DNA from: Raillietiella orientalis
Taxonomy: Eukaryota
NCBI GenBank assembly: GCA_036172245.1
Contig: JAYWIR010000032.1
Location: 1,736,001 to 1,800,000 of the forward strand
Direction of reading: 5' to 3'
DNA: 64,000 nt
In this document: positions 24,860 through 36,850 of the stretch, one piece after another
Position numbering within the stretch: position 1 is the stretch's first letter
Layout: each line of letters begins with the position of its first letter
The notes under the pieces: generated by a model
Seen by the model: only the letters and a program-made list of their open reading frames with translations
What the model was told of the DNA's origin: nothing
Databases searched by the model: none
Position numbers and translations under genes: made by a program

Positions 24860-25890
24860 TGGAGGCTTTCAGGAATAGTTGCTTTATGAGGGCATCGAGC
24901 TTCTCGCTGATGTCCACCAGAATCAGCTGGTTTTGCACGGCTCTCATACCAGCCTTGTACCGTTCCGACTACTGCAGAGCTCCCTTGTTGCTTCCAGGAT
25001 GGTTTCCTTTAGGTTGGTTTCCGTGGTGACGTTCCTGAGAGTCCTCTTCATCGATGTTTTGAGGCATTCAGCGTTCCTTCTGAAGTCTTACTGGTTGAAG
25101 TACCTCTATTCCTTATGGAGAACAGCTTCCAGATCATCGGTCTACCGGAACGGTTCTTCATCCCACTCATCATGCGTTTCTCGATGTTTCCCATTTTCAC
25201 CACCGCCTTGTTCATGTCTCTCTTCTCAAAACGCCCAGGTCGTGTCTGATCTGACCCAGGGAACTGAACAGGGAGGTCAGGTGCCTTGAAGTTTCTGTAG
25301 TCTTGGAGAACTTCTTCTCGAGTTACCCTTCTACCTTGAGGAGCACTTCCTCTCAGCAGCACTGCAACTCGTGCACCACCTTCCGGTAATCCCCTTGCAA
25401 GGATCTCTGTGTGGAGCGCAAGGCGCTGTCTTAGCTGTTGATGGCAGCCTCCGTCTCCGAGCAGCTGTTTGGTGAGCACCACCTTCATATCCAGTATCCC
25501 TTCGAGAGAACGGAGGTCCTCCTCAATGCAACTCCGTCCTTCCCCCATCGGCACCTGCAAATGCACATCGGAGTCCTGGAACGTTTCTTCCGCCTCCCCT
25601 GTCAAGATGTGTATGCTGCTGTCCAGGTCCGAAAATTTTCGTCCTGGACGCGCTGGCATGCACGTTGGATTCCAGCTCTTTCACTCTGTCCCGGACCCTG
25701 CGGAGCTCGCTCGATAGCGCCCGCAGCCTCTGCTCCAGCGATAGGCAGCGGCCATCCACCTGGCTCATCTGCTCATTTTCATCAACTTTCTCTCGATATC
25801 CAGCATGATGTTGGCGACGGAGTTCTTCAGCGCCTTGTGGACCTCCTTCGGTAGCTCGCTGTGCAGCGGGTTGAGACTGCCCATTCATTC
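24860..25890 (-). pseudogene. Frameshifted coiled-coil-rich ORF, possibly a retrotransposon ORF1 remnant
   Basis: Heptad-like LEQRLRALSSELRRVRDRVKELES and LVDISEKLDALIKQLFLK spread over several frames. Family not identified. Confidence 0.4.
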
Positions 25891-25899
25891 AGGAGCGGC

Positions 25900-26762
25900 G
25901 GACAAGAAGCCGGCAAAGAGGAGAGGGAGTTCGGGTCGCTCGTGCGGTGGCGGCTTTTGAACTACCCCCTCAAGTGCGGGGAAAATTCGGCCCTTCAACC
26001 TCACCTGCTTGTACGTCGTGCTCCCCTTTCCGGAACGTTTCGCGAGCGCGGCCCACAGGTACCTAGTGGACAATCCGCCCACTGGGAACCGGAGACACAG
26101 GCACTTTCGCACGCCTCTTCATGCGGAACGCACCGGCGCCAGCCGAACGTCTCTCGAAGCTGCCTGCTGCCTTCGTGAAGTAGTGAGCCGGAAAAGGAGC
26201 ATGGGCAGGGGTGGACCTCTGGCAGTAAGAGGGGGGAAAGATGACCACACCCAGGAACAAGCCCTGGCGTCAGGAGGGAACTACTTACAGCCGACATACT
26301 TCAGGGGGCGCAAAGGACGTTCCGCAGCAAACCGGGATCCCTTCCCGCCGTTGTCCCTGAAGGCTTTGCATCTGTCCCTTTTTTTTTATATTCTCCTCGT
26401 TTGCTTTCCCCTCCTCTCCGTCTCCGAGGCAACGCCTTTCCGCACGGGCACCCGGGTCTGCTCTTGAGCGAGCGACAATGCGGATGCGGCAGGACGGCGC
26501 GCCCTTCTGCTCCACCCCTTCCCGCGGGCTCCTCGTCCACAACGAACGCCCCGGAGAGACCGGGTGAGCGGAGGCGTTCGGTAAGCGTTCGCTCGCGCAC
26601 GCGGAAGGCTGCAACCCGCAGCTGGTGAGGTGACCTCCGTTCGCCGTTCCGGCTTCTGCAGAGGACACTACGGAAAGCGGGATTCCACAGCCAGCAGGCA
26701 GGTGGGGAGGTTTCTTGGGAGGTGGTTGCCCAGAGACCGGACGTCGGGTTTGCTCGGCGTTT
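25900..26762 (+). mobile_element. LINE 3' end with terminal cassette (copy F)
   Basis: KCGENSALQPHLLV, LEAACCLREVV; the last 489 bp are duplicated at 3690-4178. Confidence 0.75.
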
Positions 26763-26899
26763 GCTCGACGCCCCCTGGACAGTTTCTCGCCACTGGGACC
26801 ACGAGCATCCCGTCAGTCATGACGCCGAAGTTCCCATTTCGTCACGCTGGAGATCGTCCCTCCCGAATGGATGCAGATGCAGGCATCGATCCGAAGGTT

Positions 26900-28190
26900 C
26901 TCCCTGGCAACGAGGCTGCGGAAAGAGCGCATTGGTGCCTCCTCTCGCGCTTTCCCACGAAGGAACTGGAGAAAGACGTGCGCCCACCCTCTCGGGTGAC
27001 CGTTCCCTGCGCCGTCTGCCCCGCACAGTCGCGTCTCTGCTGAGGGATCACGAGTGGAAGTCCTGCCGCCAACCACGTAGGAACGCGCCATGCACCAGGA
27101 GTTCCTGGAAACCTGGGAGCGCTTGGGAGATCCAGACGTGAGCCCAGCATCCACTGCGAGGCAGCACAGGGTGCTGTGAATCTCCTCCTGCATCGCCAGG
27201 ATGAGGGAAACCTGGATACTCCTGCAGCGTGGGAGGTGATCGGCCGGACCGCGGGGGATCACCAACCTCCGCCGCATGATGCGGAGCGCTCCTGCTCGAG
27301 TAGAAAGCGACGCCTGAGGACCTCGGCCGGGGTCCGAAGGCACCGGTCGAGCCGCTCGGCATCTCTAGCGGAAACTCCGAGACCTCGGGTATGCTGGTCG
27401 ATGCATCCGCTCTTCCTCTTGGCAACCAGCAGACCGTCATCTTGCTGGTGCACCGGAATATTCCTCCTTCCCTCCACCCCCGAAACCGGAGGAGGAAGAG
27501 GAGGGATAGAAGAGGGGGTGGAAGAGAAAGGGTGGAGGATGAATGAAGGAGGAAAGGAAGAGGGGAAGGAGAAAAGGAGGAATCTGGATCGCAGCCATGC
27601 AACAATGAGTGTCTTTAGGTGCCGGCGCCATCTGAAGACTCGAGCGTTTCCCTCCTGATGACCTTCGGTGCCCCTTAAGACCCTCTTATGTGCACCAGCA
27701 AGTGATGATGTTCACCTTCGGGGAGAGGAGCGGACAGCCCGGAAGTCTCCGTACCCCGGCAGGGGGGAGGGTGCTAAAGGGGAGCACCCGCCGTCTACCA
27801 GCTCCTCCTCCGCACGTGCTGCCGGAGTGCCCCGGGGGCCCATCATGGCACTTCAGGTTGCCCGATGCCGGCGCTCCCAAGGGTCTTTCCTCACTCAACC
27901 CTCCGCGCTCACCAACCGCCTTATCCTGGCGGCCTACTGCCACCTCGGGGCAGCCTCAGAGGCCGCAGGCGGGCTCTGTTCAGGGCGGGCCCCCTTGACT
28001 TCCCCTGCGAAGAACGCGATGCGGTGGTCCAGGCCGTGATGAGCTCCGAGGGGGTCTCGGAACGGTCGCGGTTTGACCAGCTCGAAGCCCGGAGGCAGCG
28101 TCTCCCCTCCTCCCTCTCTCTCTGCCCGTCGCAGGCCCTTGGGGATCTCTCGCCACTGCGAGGCTGGTCCACCTCTACTCTTATTTATTC
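26900..28190 (-). mobile_element. Degenerate LINE RT remnant (domains ~3-7)
   Basis: QQDDGLLVA (DD motif) and QEYPG (compare KYLG) in the expected order. Confidence 0.45.
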
Positions 28191-28309
28191 ATCTACCATT
28201 CGATCTTCCCGCTCTTCCTCCTTTCTTCCCTACTTCCGCCCTTACTGAGGATGGCTACCTTTCGTTGCGGGACGGTACATCTCGACTCCTTCCTCACTCC
28301 AAGGATGTT

Positions 28310-29120
28310 ATTGATTTATTTTTCGAAAAAAAAAAAAAAAAAAAAAAAAATGCTACCTGCCAATCTCAAAGATGCGGGGGAAATCATGTAGGACGCTTGC
28401 CGCAGGGAAAAAATAAACGCGCGCAGGAGGATGCTATTTTCCGGGCAACGTTTGCAGTCCTGGAAGGAGGGAGGACCAAGGGATGGTCGGAGCGGTCAGC
28501 TGCGCGCCGCGTTCCAAAGATGCAGGAGGCTCCCCTCTTCGCCGCGGGTGGGTCCAGTTTGATTCTTCTTCCCGATCATAGAGGGGGCGAGTCGTCGCGG
28601 CAGACTCCCGTCTTTGCCGGCCGGCTTCCGACTTGCGTGGGGTGATCCTTCCCCCGGGACGGGTAAACGGGAGCGCATCGGCGTGCGGCTACCGGGAGGC
28701 ATCGCTGACCGCTCTAAAGAGAGCTGCAAGTCCAGAGGGAGAGGGCTTCCCTTCGTACCCCCCCTTTCCTCCGCCTGGCGCAGTCCGCGGATGCCGGCTC
28801 TCGTTTCCCGGGTAACTCCAGCGCTGAAGGAGTGACGCGGCGCACTGCTGCTGCTCGAGGGAGCTGCACGGAACGGTCTACAAACGCTGGAAGCGATCCA
28901 TGGATCTGCGGGCGGGGTGTCCGGAAGCCCCACCCAGCAGTCCCGGGGACTTCTGGCAAGGTGCGCCGGTCGCTGTCCCTTCTCTGGGTTTCGTTGCTCT
29001 GCATGCGAGGCTGAAAAAGTCCCACTCTTCCTGCCGGCAGCTGTCGCTTTGGTTCCATCCAGCGCGGCAGCTGAGGGAGGGTGGCCAGCGACTAGATGCC
29101 ACTCTTTGGAGTCCTTCCAG
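28310..29120 (-). mobile_element. Degenerate LINE 3' end (copy G)
   Basis: SPRDCWVG and downstream similarity to the ORF2 C-terminus. The plus-strand A-run at ~28326-28350 reads as poly-T followed by AATAAA in element sense. Confidence 0.5.
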
Positions 29121-32100
29121 GTCCCCCTGAAGAAAAGCTGCAATGCCAGAAGGAAGGGCGGGAGAGGAGAGCCCATTCTGTACCGGACTATAAAAACAAG
29201 GAGTTCCCACGCGTCAGAGTGAGACATGTTGTCCGGTGACGGGGGACTGAGAATGATGGGGTCAGGATGATATTCACCCTCAGGGCAACACAGACTTACG
29301 GAGATGCCATCATGAAAAGGGCGTGGAAAGGCAATGCTGAGATGCTTTTGCACGAGAAGCAGTGAGCGGACGATGTAGGAGTATGGAAAATAGGAAGGCA
29401 CCTACGAAAATAGGGAAAGTAGAAACTTCGGCTCGGATGTGGCGTAAAAATCCGCCACAGCTGGTGCCGTGTATTCATCTGATCAGCGGAGGAGTTTCTA
29501 GAGTCCGGAGTTTCGAGAGCATCAGGCGTCTGATGGTATCCATGGGTGCTTTTCGCGTTTCTCCTTTTCTGGGGCCGATAGAGGGCTTTTCGGCGTCGAG
29601 GAATTTGATGCAGCTCACGGAAAGTGTTAGTGCGAGGTACACGACATCTTCTTGTGGACGTTTTAGCCAATGTCAGCGATACGCCCGAGGTGAGAGAAGC
29701 ACCGGTGTGGAAATGGTTGGTATACGGTGGGATCGGAATTCAAGGAGTGAGGCCGAAGACACCATGAGTCAGAGGTGTTCCGTGCCATCTCGGACATGGG
29801 TGAAACACAAGATGTGGCGCGCTTAGGAGACCTTTCGTCTCCCAGGAATCGAGCAGCCTCTTAAGTGATCAGGTCGTGTCGAGACGCTTGTCGCAGAGAA
29901 AAAATAAGCACGCGCTGGAGGACGCTGTTTCCCGGGCAACTTTGGGAATCCCGGAAGAAGCGGGCGAGCCACCCCACTCTCAGCTCGGCTGTTCAATAAG
30001 ACCGGAAAGGTGAGGTCTCAAGACGCGAAGAAGCAACCGCACCGCGTCTCCTCTGAACCCTGCGGTGGCAGAGGTCGAACCGAGCACCCTGCTTTCCTTC
30101 GCTAACACGGCAATGGATGCCAAGTCAAAAGAGGAATCCGGAAGGAGAAGCGACCCCGGTGCATCCCAGATCGGAACTTTGTTGTCTTCTACGTGTGCAT
30201 AGAGCTCTTCCGAGAGAAGAATCGAACGGCTCCCCACGCAGAAGGACGTTCCCGCTCTTGCGAGTACTGCCGCTCTTTGAGAGATCTGAGTAAACACCCA
30301 CTCTCTTTTCGACAACCCTGAGACTCCCATTCGGACCTGATCTTCTCTTCCCATCGACTCTGATGCTTGTAAAGGAAAGGTGATTGTAGCAAGAGTACTC
30401 GCGTTCCTAAGGACATCCCACTTTGATCTTAGCCAAAAGACCGAGAAGCGGACCGCCTGGAGATGGCTCTACCTGGTATACGAGGTAGCTGGACATCCCC
30501 ACACCTCTCCTTATTCTGCTCTACTTTGCAACTCAATACAAAAGCAGGTAAAGAAGAACCAAGAACTCACCAACACCTCTTCCGGGTTGCCTTCAGCCGC
30601 GATGCAGGCGGCCGGCGGCCGGGCTGAAAACGTGAGCCTCCTTTTCGTTGAGCCTTGGAGATGCCTGTGGGGCATCTCCAAGGAGATGGGGGTGTCACTG
30701 TGGAGCGAGTCTGGCCTTGCTGCAGACTCTTCACACCAGGAGGCGTAGCAGCATTGTTGACGGGATCGGAAAGACGGTTTCCTTCGGTCACCGCGACCTA
30801 TCCTAGAGCCCTCAGGGACTCACCCTGGGCTCTAGGATAGTCCGAAAGCAGCGCCAGCGGCGCTGCTTTCGGACTCCTTCCTGCTGACTGCCCCCAAAAG
30901 GTCGGAACCGCTCAGCTGCTCCTCCGACTGCCGACCCGTTCTGGAGGACACCGGGGATGTGGCACTGTACTCGCTGCCAGCGAAGAGCCAGCGCGTGGTC
31001 CGAGGCGACCAGTCTCACGCGGGACGAAGTTGGTGCTGCGGCTCTGAGACTCCATCTGGCAAGGAGACGTTCTCTGCAGCACCTCTGGCACTGCTCACGC
31101 GTTCCGGAGGCGCCACCGAGACCAGCCTTCCCCCACGGGAAGCTCCGACCTCGGACTCGGATCCCCCCCCCTTCAGGTTCGTCACAGAAGCGAACAGGGC
31201 GGTGGGAGTGGACAACCGGCCCCCTCCGCCCGCCGTAGCTGCTCTCGCGCAGAAGGGCGTGGGAAAAAACAGCGCAGAGGGGGGCGCGTGCACAAAGGGC
31301 AGCAAGGATTTGCATCTCCGCCCGCGGAGCGCCCGTTTTCTCTGCATTCTTCGGGCCGGGAGGGGCATTTGCATGCTTATTGTTTAATCTTCGCGGGGAG
31401 AAACACCGCACTCTCCTCCGGAATCCATACATTCTAAATGAATCAGAAGGAACGCCATCATCGAAGCGCGCGAGACCATCCCTTTATTTCCTTCTAATCT
31501 CCACAGGAAGAGATTCCGCGCCTCTCCGGAAAGGAAAATACATTTTATCCCCTCGAGTATTTCCAGCATTTATTTCTGTCAGGAATGTCCATCGAGGCTG
31601 CAGCAATCATGCAAAATATTGTTACACGATTCCTTTTGTGAGGCGCTTCTCCCTCTCTGAGCTGGCGGAGGGAAGAGGCGAGCCGTCCTCCGCCAAGCGC
31701 AATGAGGAGAACCTGCCCTATCCGAGGTGTTTTCCAGAGAAGAGGCACGCCAGATTTATGACAGCGCATCCGAAAGTACGATTTACATAATATTTCTGCC
31801 GATTGGTTCATAAAACGCAGAGGCGCAGTCGACCGTTCTTCTCCTTGGAAAAACGCGCGCGCGCGCTCAAGAAAAAAAGGAGAAAAAAAAAAAGGGGGAT
31901 GGAGGGGGAAAGGAAGCGACAATACTGTTCCAGGAGCAGGAAGAGAAAGAAGGGAGAATGAGGATGAGGAAGGGAGGGGAAGGAGACTGAAAGGATGAGG
32001 ACGAAGGGAGGAGGAGGCAATCAAGCCTTCAAAAGCAACTGCCAGAATCCGGTCTCAAGCAACAAGGACATATTCACTTCTATCTTCCTCTCCTTGCCCT

Positions 32101-33289
32101 CCTCCACTTCCCTTTCCCTTGCCCTTCATTGTGGTGGGTCACTGGAGATGCGAATGGATCCAGAATCGCCGCTCCGTCGCCATCACGAACAAGGACACCA
32201 AAGGGAACACCTCAGAGGAACGAACCTCCGTGATCTTTTGGTTTGTCCGGGTGTGCTGCCGTTGTTCCCCATTCCCTTCTCGTCCTGCAGGTTGCACCGA
32301 TGACCATAAGACTAAAAGATGATCTCAATGATAAATCATCGGTGCTTGCGATCCTCTTGTGCATGTCGGCATTCAATCAGTCACGCTTCTTTTTCAATCA
32401 CACGTGAGCACATCATGAAAACGTCTCCACGCCAACGCAAACACATACACACACACAAGTACAGATTCTTAAGATCGATCAACACCTGATTTCACGTGAT
32501 CCGTTCCTGGTGTACCGATCAAAATACAAAGTAATTTTATTAGTGCTGCTTCTCCTGGAACTCTCCTCCAAGCTTCGCACTTTGCGAGGGGGCGTGCGCG
32601 TGTGGCAATTCTGTAAAATAAATTAGCGGTAGCTATTAGTGACCTTTGTTTGAATTAATGGTTTTTGCTACACACATGTGCTCACGAAAGGAGGTGCGAG
32701 AGGAAAAAACGTTTCCATGGCAATGATTCGCTGCTTGACGGTTTAAGTTCACCCAAGTAGCTCTCCGCAGAGCAAGTGCAGTTCAAGCGATGTTGTGCGT
32801 GCCCTGAAGCACGAGCGACCGTGCAGAGAGACTTCGAGACCAGGTGCTTATTATTTCATCGCAGTGAATTCTGGGAAGGTTTCTATCCACCATGTCCTTG
32901 TGGGTCTGCCGAGGGCTCATCCACAGCTGTTCATCGCTGCTGCCAGCAATACAAAACTCTGCCCCTCCCCCCTTCCTCCCCTTACTTCCCTCCATGCTGA
33001 GGATCTCGAGTTTCTCGAGCATTTCTTCGGGTTCCAGATCTCCAGGATTCCAACCACTGGTGCTCTCAGCGAATCCAATACTCTTTCGCGGGAGAAACAA
33101 GAAGGACAGTTTCTTGTAGGTGGTCTTTCCTTCCATTCTCGCGTCTTCTTTTGGTCCTATTGCCGCGTTTTCACACTGACAGACGACGTCTAGTTATGGC
33201 GGCTTGTCTTCAGCCCCGGAGAACTGGGTGCGGTTGGCTGAGATTCATCTCGTCTCTTGCATCTAACAGAATCGGCATAGACAAGCTCA

Positions 33290-33520
33290 CAACCCGCAAT
33301 GAGTACGACTACAATGAGTAAGGGCCCGGGTAGTCTTCAGCACCGGGGGCCACTCGAGTACATCCATGGGGATGCTCAGCAGCTCGCCCCAGCGCAATAG
33401 TCCCTTTGGTGGGGCACTTGGGGTCGCAGCGTCTGTCAACTGGTCCGTGGTCCAACCATCTTGGTCCGACAGCAGGTGGTGCATGGAGGAATCTCGTGCA
33501 AAGCGCACTTCACCACTAGA
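33290..33520 (-). mobile_element. Inverted LINE ORF2 fragment
   Basis: GWTTDQLTDAATPSAPPKGLLRWGELLSIPMDVLEWPPVLKTTRAL closely matches the translation of 34730-34870. Confidence 0.9.
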
Positions 33521-33599
33521 CACGGGGGAGAGTGGACACGGAAGAAGGAAGTGAGCGAAGAAGATCTCCCCGCACCTGCTGTTGGACCTTGCTGACCTC

Positions 33600-34160
33600 C
33601 GGCCCCTTAGGGTCGCCTGGCGACGATCCTAGGTATACCGGTGAGCGGCCCAGGGGCATTTGGAAACGCCTCTTCGCGCTTGCCGCTCTGCCGCCAGCCG
33701 CGCCCCTCGCAGTTCTCTGCAGTGTTCGCGGGATCACGGCGGACTGGAACACCAGGAGAGGAAGCCAGAATGGCAGGGATGCCATCCACTGGGCGCGAAT
33801 CTTCCTGAAGACCGCCTCAAGATGGCTCTACCTGGGCACTATCTGGCTAGAACTTGCCAGCATCCTGAACAGGATGCTGGCAAGGACATCGGGCAGCGCG
33901 CTGTGATCCCTCCCTCGATCCCCCAATTATCTTCCCCGTCTATAATTTCCCCCCCTCCGTTTTGTGCGTTTATTTTTCGGGGGTTTTTGTTTCCCCCTCC
34001 CCCACACTGCCGAAGCGAACCTCGCCGGTCTGCGCACAGCTCTTCGGCAGGTTTAGTGAACGTGGTAGAACCAACGGTTCTACCACATCTCCCTGTATTT
34101 TTCTAATGCTCATATAATAAATGCCCCGGCACAACCGGGTGTAAAAGCACGCTGGAACTG
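33600..34160 (+). mobile_element. LINE 3' end (copy H)
   Basis: AAPLAVLCSVRGITADW..LKTASRWLYLGTIWLELASILNRM. Hairpins at 34007-34050, 34062-34086 and ~34123-34142; AATAAA at 34116. Confidence 0.9.
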
Positions 34161-34179
34161 CAGCCGAGGCCCCGAGTCC

Positions 34180-35575
34180 GTTTGAAGGACTTGTGTGCCC
34201 CTCGTCGCGATGGAGGCCTCGGCCTCCTCACGCTGGAGCGGCTGGAACTGCAGCTGCAGTTCAGGACTCTAGCCCTAGTAGCGAAGCTATGGAGCACCAG
34301 CTGGTGCGAGCCTGCACGACGCCTGGTTCAGCGAGCTAGCGGCTGCGCGGGACTGTCTACCTTCCTAGCGCGCCGCAAACGCCGGTACCTGTTCCACTGC
34401 GGACTGGAACTTCGGCGAGTGGCGAAGCTGACCAGAACGAACACCTGGATCTCCTGCCGGCCCGCGAACGGTACGTCCTGGCTGCAGGAAAGCCTTCGCA
34501 CGTGGGCCCAGATCGAGGAAGCGAGCCCGGAGTTGCGGCAGCGAATGCTGCACTCCTATCATAAGAGCCGCTCGCTGCAGGACATCATTGTGCAGCCCAC
34601 CTTGAGCGCATGGGCTGAGAGGACCTCCCTTGCCACGGCTCTGTTTCACCTCAGGGAGCACCTGGGCAGTAGCCAGCCGGCGAAATGGGAGGTCCGGTGT
34701 AGTACCTCTGGAAGAGAGAGAGAGCAAGGTGGTTGGACCACGGGTCAGCTTGCTGATGCCGCGATCCCAAGTTCCCCACCGAGAGGACTGTTGCGCTGGG
34801 GCGAGCTGCTGTGCATCCCGCGGGATGAACTCGAGTGGCCCCCGGTGCTGAAGACTACCCGGGCCCTCCCCCTGAAGTGACAGGAGTCGGCGTTCCTGGT
34901 GTTGCACTGGGGACTCCCCAGCAACGCCCGCCGTTCGCACTGGACGAGGGGGGCTGTGGACCCAAATTGTGTCAGGTGCGGGGAACGGGAAACCCTCCCG
35001 CACCTGCTTCTTGACTATGTTGCCCTCCGACCTCTGTGGTTGCGTTTCGCAACGGCCCTAGGAGCAGCCACGATCAACCTTAGAGACGTTCTGACGCGCC
35101 TCTTTGTGCGTGACGCCCTTCGGCCTGCCGCAGCCCTTGCAGCCCTCTGCTGCCTACGAGAGATTGTGGCGGCCTGGAGCACCGCCACTGGTGGACTGAA
35201 CGACAGGGACATCATCTGCTCCGCCCTACGTTTCCTAAGGACGGCAGCCAGATGGTCCCATTTGGGGCATATGCGGACCGAACTTGCCGGCATCCTGGAA
35301 AGGATGTAGAGGACGACTCCAGCGGAATGTGATCCCTTCCCCAACTCCTCCCTGCTGCTTTTGTAAATAGTGTTTTCTTTTTGTTTTTATTTGTCCTTTC
35401 CCCCCCCGCTGCCGAGTCGAACTCGCCAGCCTGCGTGCTGGCTACTCGGCAAGTTCAGATTCTTCATTAGAACATTTTTTAGGACGCTGTAGGGGCAATA
35501 GCCCTACACTTGCTTGTTTGTTTTTACTAAAAAAATAAACGCTCCGGCGCACCCGGGTGTAAAAGCACGCTGGAG
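34180..35575 (+). mobile_element. Best-preserved L1/Tx1-like ORF2 C-terminal half and 3' UTR (copy I)
   Basis: LCAPRRDGGLGL (post-RT GGLG motif) through CVRCGERETLPHLLLD (zf-RVT-type CCHC), with one in-frame TGA at 34878-34880. Structured UTR. Confidence 0.9.
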
Positions 35576-35849
35576 GCCACTTTACCTCCTCCGGAGGGAT
35601 ATCGAGTAGCTCTCTCTAGCGTTCAAGTCCGTGGGGTGAGACACTCGGGGTCGCAGTGTCCGTCACTTCCCGAGTTGCCCATTGTCCCCTCCCCCCCCCT
35701 CAGCCCCAGAAGTTTTGTTTTTGCTGCCATGCAGCACGTTACTTCTCACCTCGCTTGGATAGCACTGTCCTTTGCGTCCCTCAGGAAGGGCGGCAATGAA
35801 GATCATGGAAATCCTTTTGGTCTCCTCTGCCTTCGCTGCTTTCCTTCCA

Positions 35850-36330
35850 GCCTTTTTTTTCTTTTTGGTTCGTCAAGCACTCGACAGGTGTTCGCCTCCA
35901 TGGTGCGCGCTCCCACCCGAGGGTGCGTGCAACCCTTCAAGTTAGGGAGTAACCTATGAACCCAGCAAGACTCCGGAGGGAGGAGTCCGTTCCTCTTACT
36001 CTTGGTAGGGGAACCTCGAAGGGAACCCTTGTCCTGGTTGTCTCCGAAGGGAACCCAGAAAGGATCCGCTCTGGGAATTTCTTCTCCGAAGGGTATCTGC
36101 AAGGGAAGCTCTCCTTGTTTTCTTCCCGCTGGAGAAACCTCGAAGGGAAACTCGCCGATTTCTCTGAAGGGCTCTTCTCGAAGAAAGCAGCTCTCTTCTT
36201 ATTACACTCTGAAGAGGCGACTCCCCGAGGGAAGCATCAACCAGCTCCATGAAACGGACGGCTGCATTTTCGCAACCGGAAGGTGGGGGTGGGGGGGACC
36301 ACGAAGGACTCCTTGATTCCTGGGACGAAT
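35850..36330 (+). repeat. Unit B copy
   Basis: gagggtgcgtgcaacccttcaagttaggg..cctatgaaccc followed by about 6 subrepeats. Confidence 0.75.
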
Positions 36331-36384
36331 TCCGGAGAGTTAGCTCCCAATCTGGGCCAGTCTACGGGGGCATCCGCGATTCCA

Positions 36385-36850
36385 CCAGTGCCGCACTAGC
36401 AGCGCTTTGCTGCCTTTCCAGGATCGTAGCTGCATGGAGCGATGCCAGAGGAGGCCAGAACGACAAGGACGCGTATTCTGCGTAATTCTGCTGTAAACGT
36501 ATATTCTGCTGTCCTCTTCATGAGGACAGCGTCAAGATGGCTCCATCTAGGAGCCATAAAACAGGAACTTGCCGGCATCTTTACGGGGGTGCAGAGGACG
36601 CCCTCCAGCACCCGGCGATCCCTTTCCGAACTCTCCATTTTTTTTGACTGCATGTTTTTTTGTTTTACTTTTGCTGTTTTTGTTTGTCTCCCTCTCTCCT
36701 GTGCTGTCGAGGAGAACCCCGCTGTCCTGCTTGCGAGTTCCCGGTAGGTTCCTTCTCGTAGTTACAACTAACGTGGAAGGATCAAATATCCTGCCGCAGA
36801 TGTGTGTGTTTATTTTTTGTAAATAAATGCTCCGACGTGACCGGGTTTCA
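36385..36850 (+). mobile_element. LINE 3' end (copy J), close relative of copy D
   Basis: AALAALCCLSRIVAAWSDARGG..RWLHLGAIKQELAGIF; UTR colinear with 15670-16075. Confidence 0.9.

Noticed and set aside
35960..36240. Unit B subrepeats or the 21-bp repeat at 10762 as a CRISPR array
   Set aside because: The units are degenerate and tandem with no unique spacers, there are no cas genes, and the context is eukaryotic.
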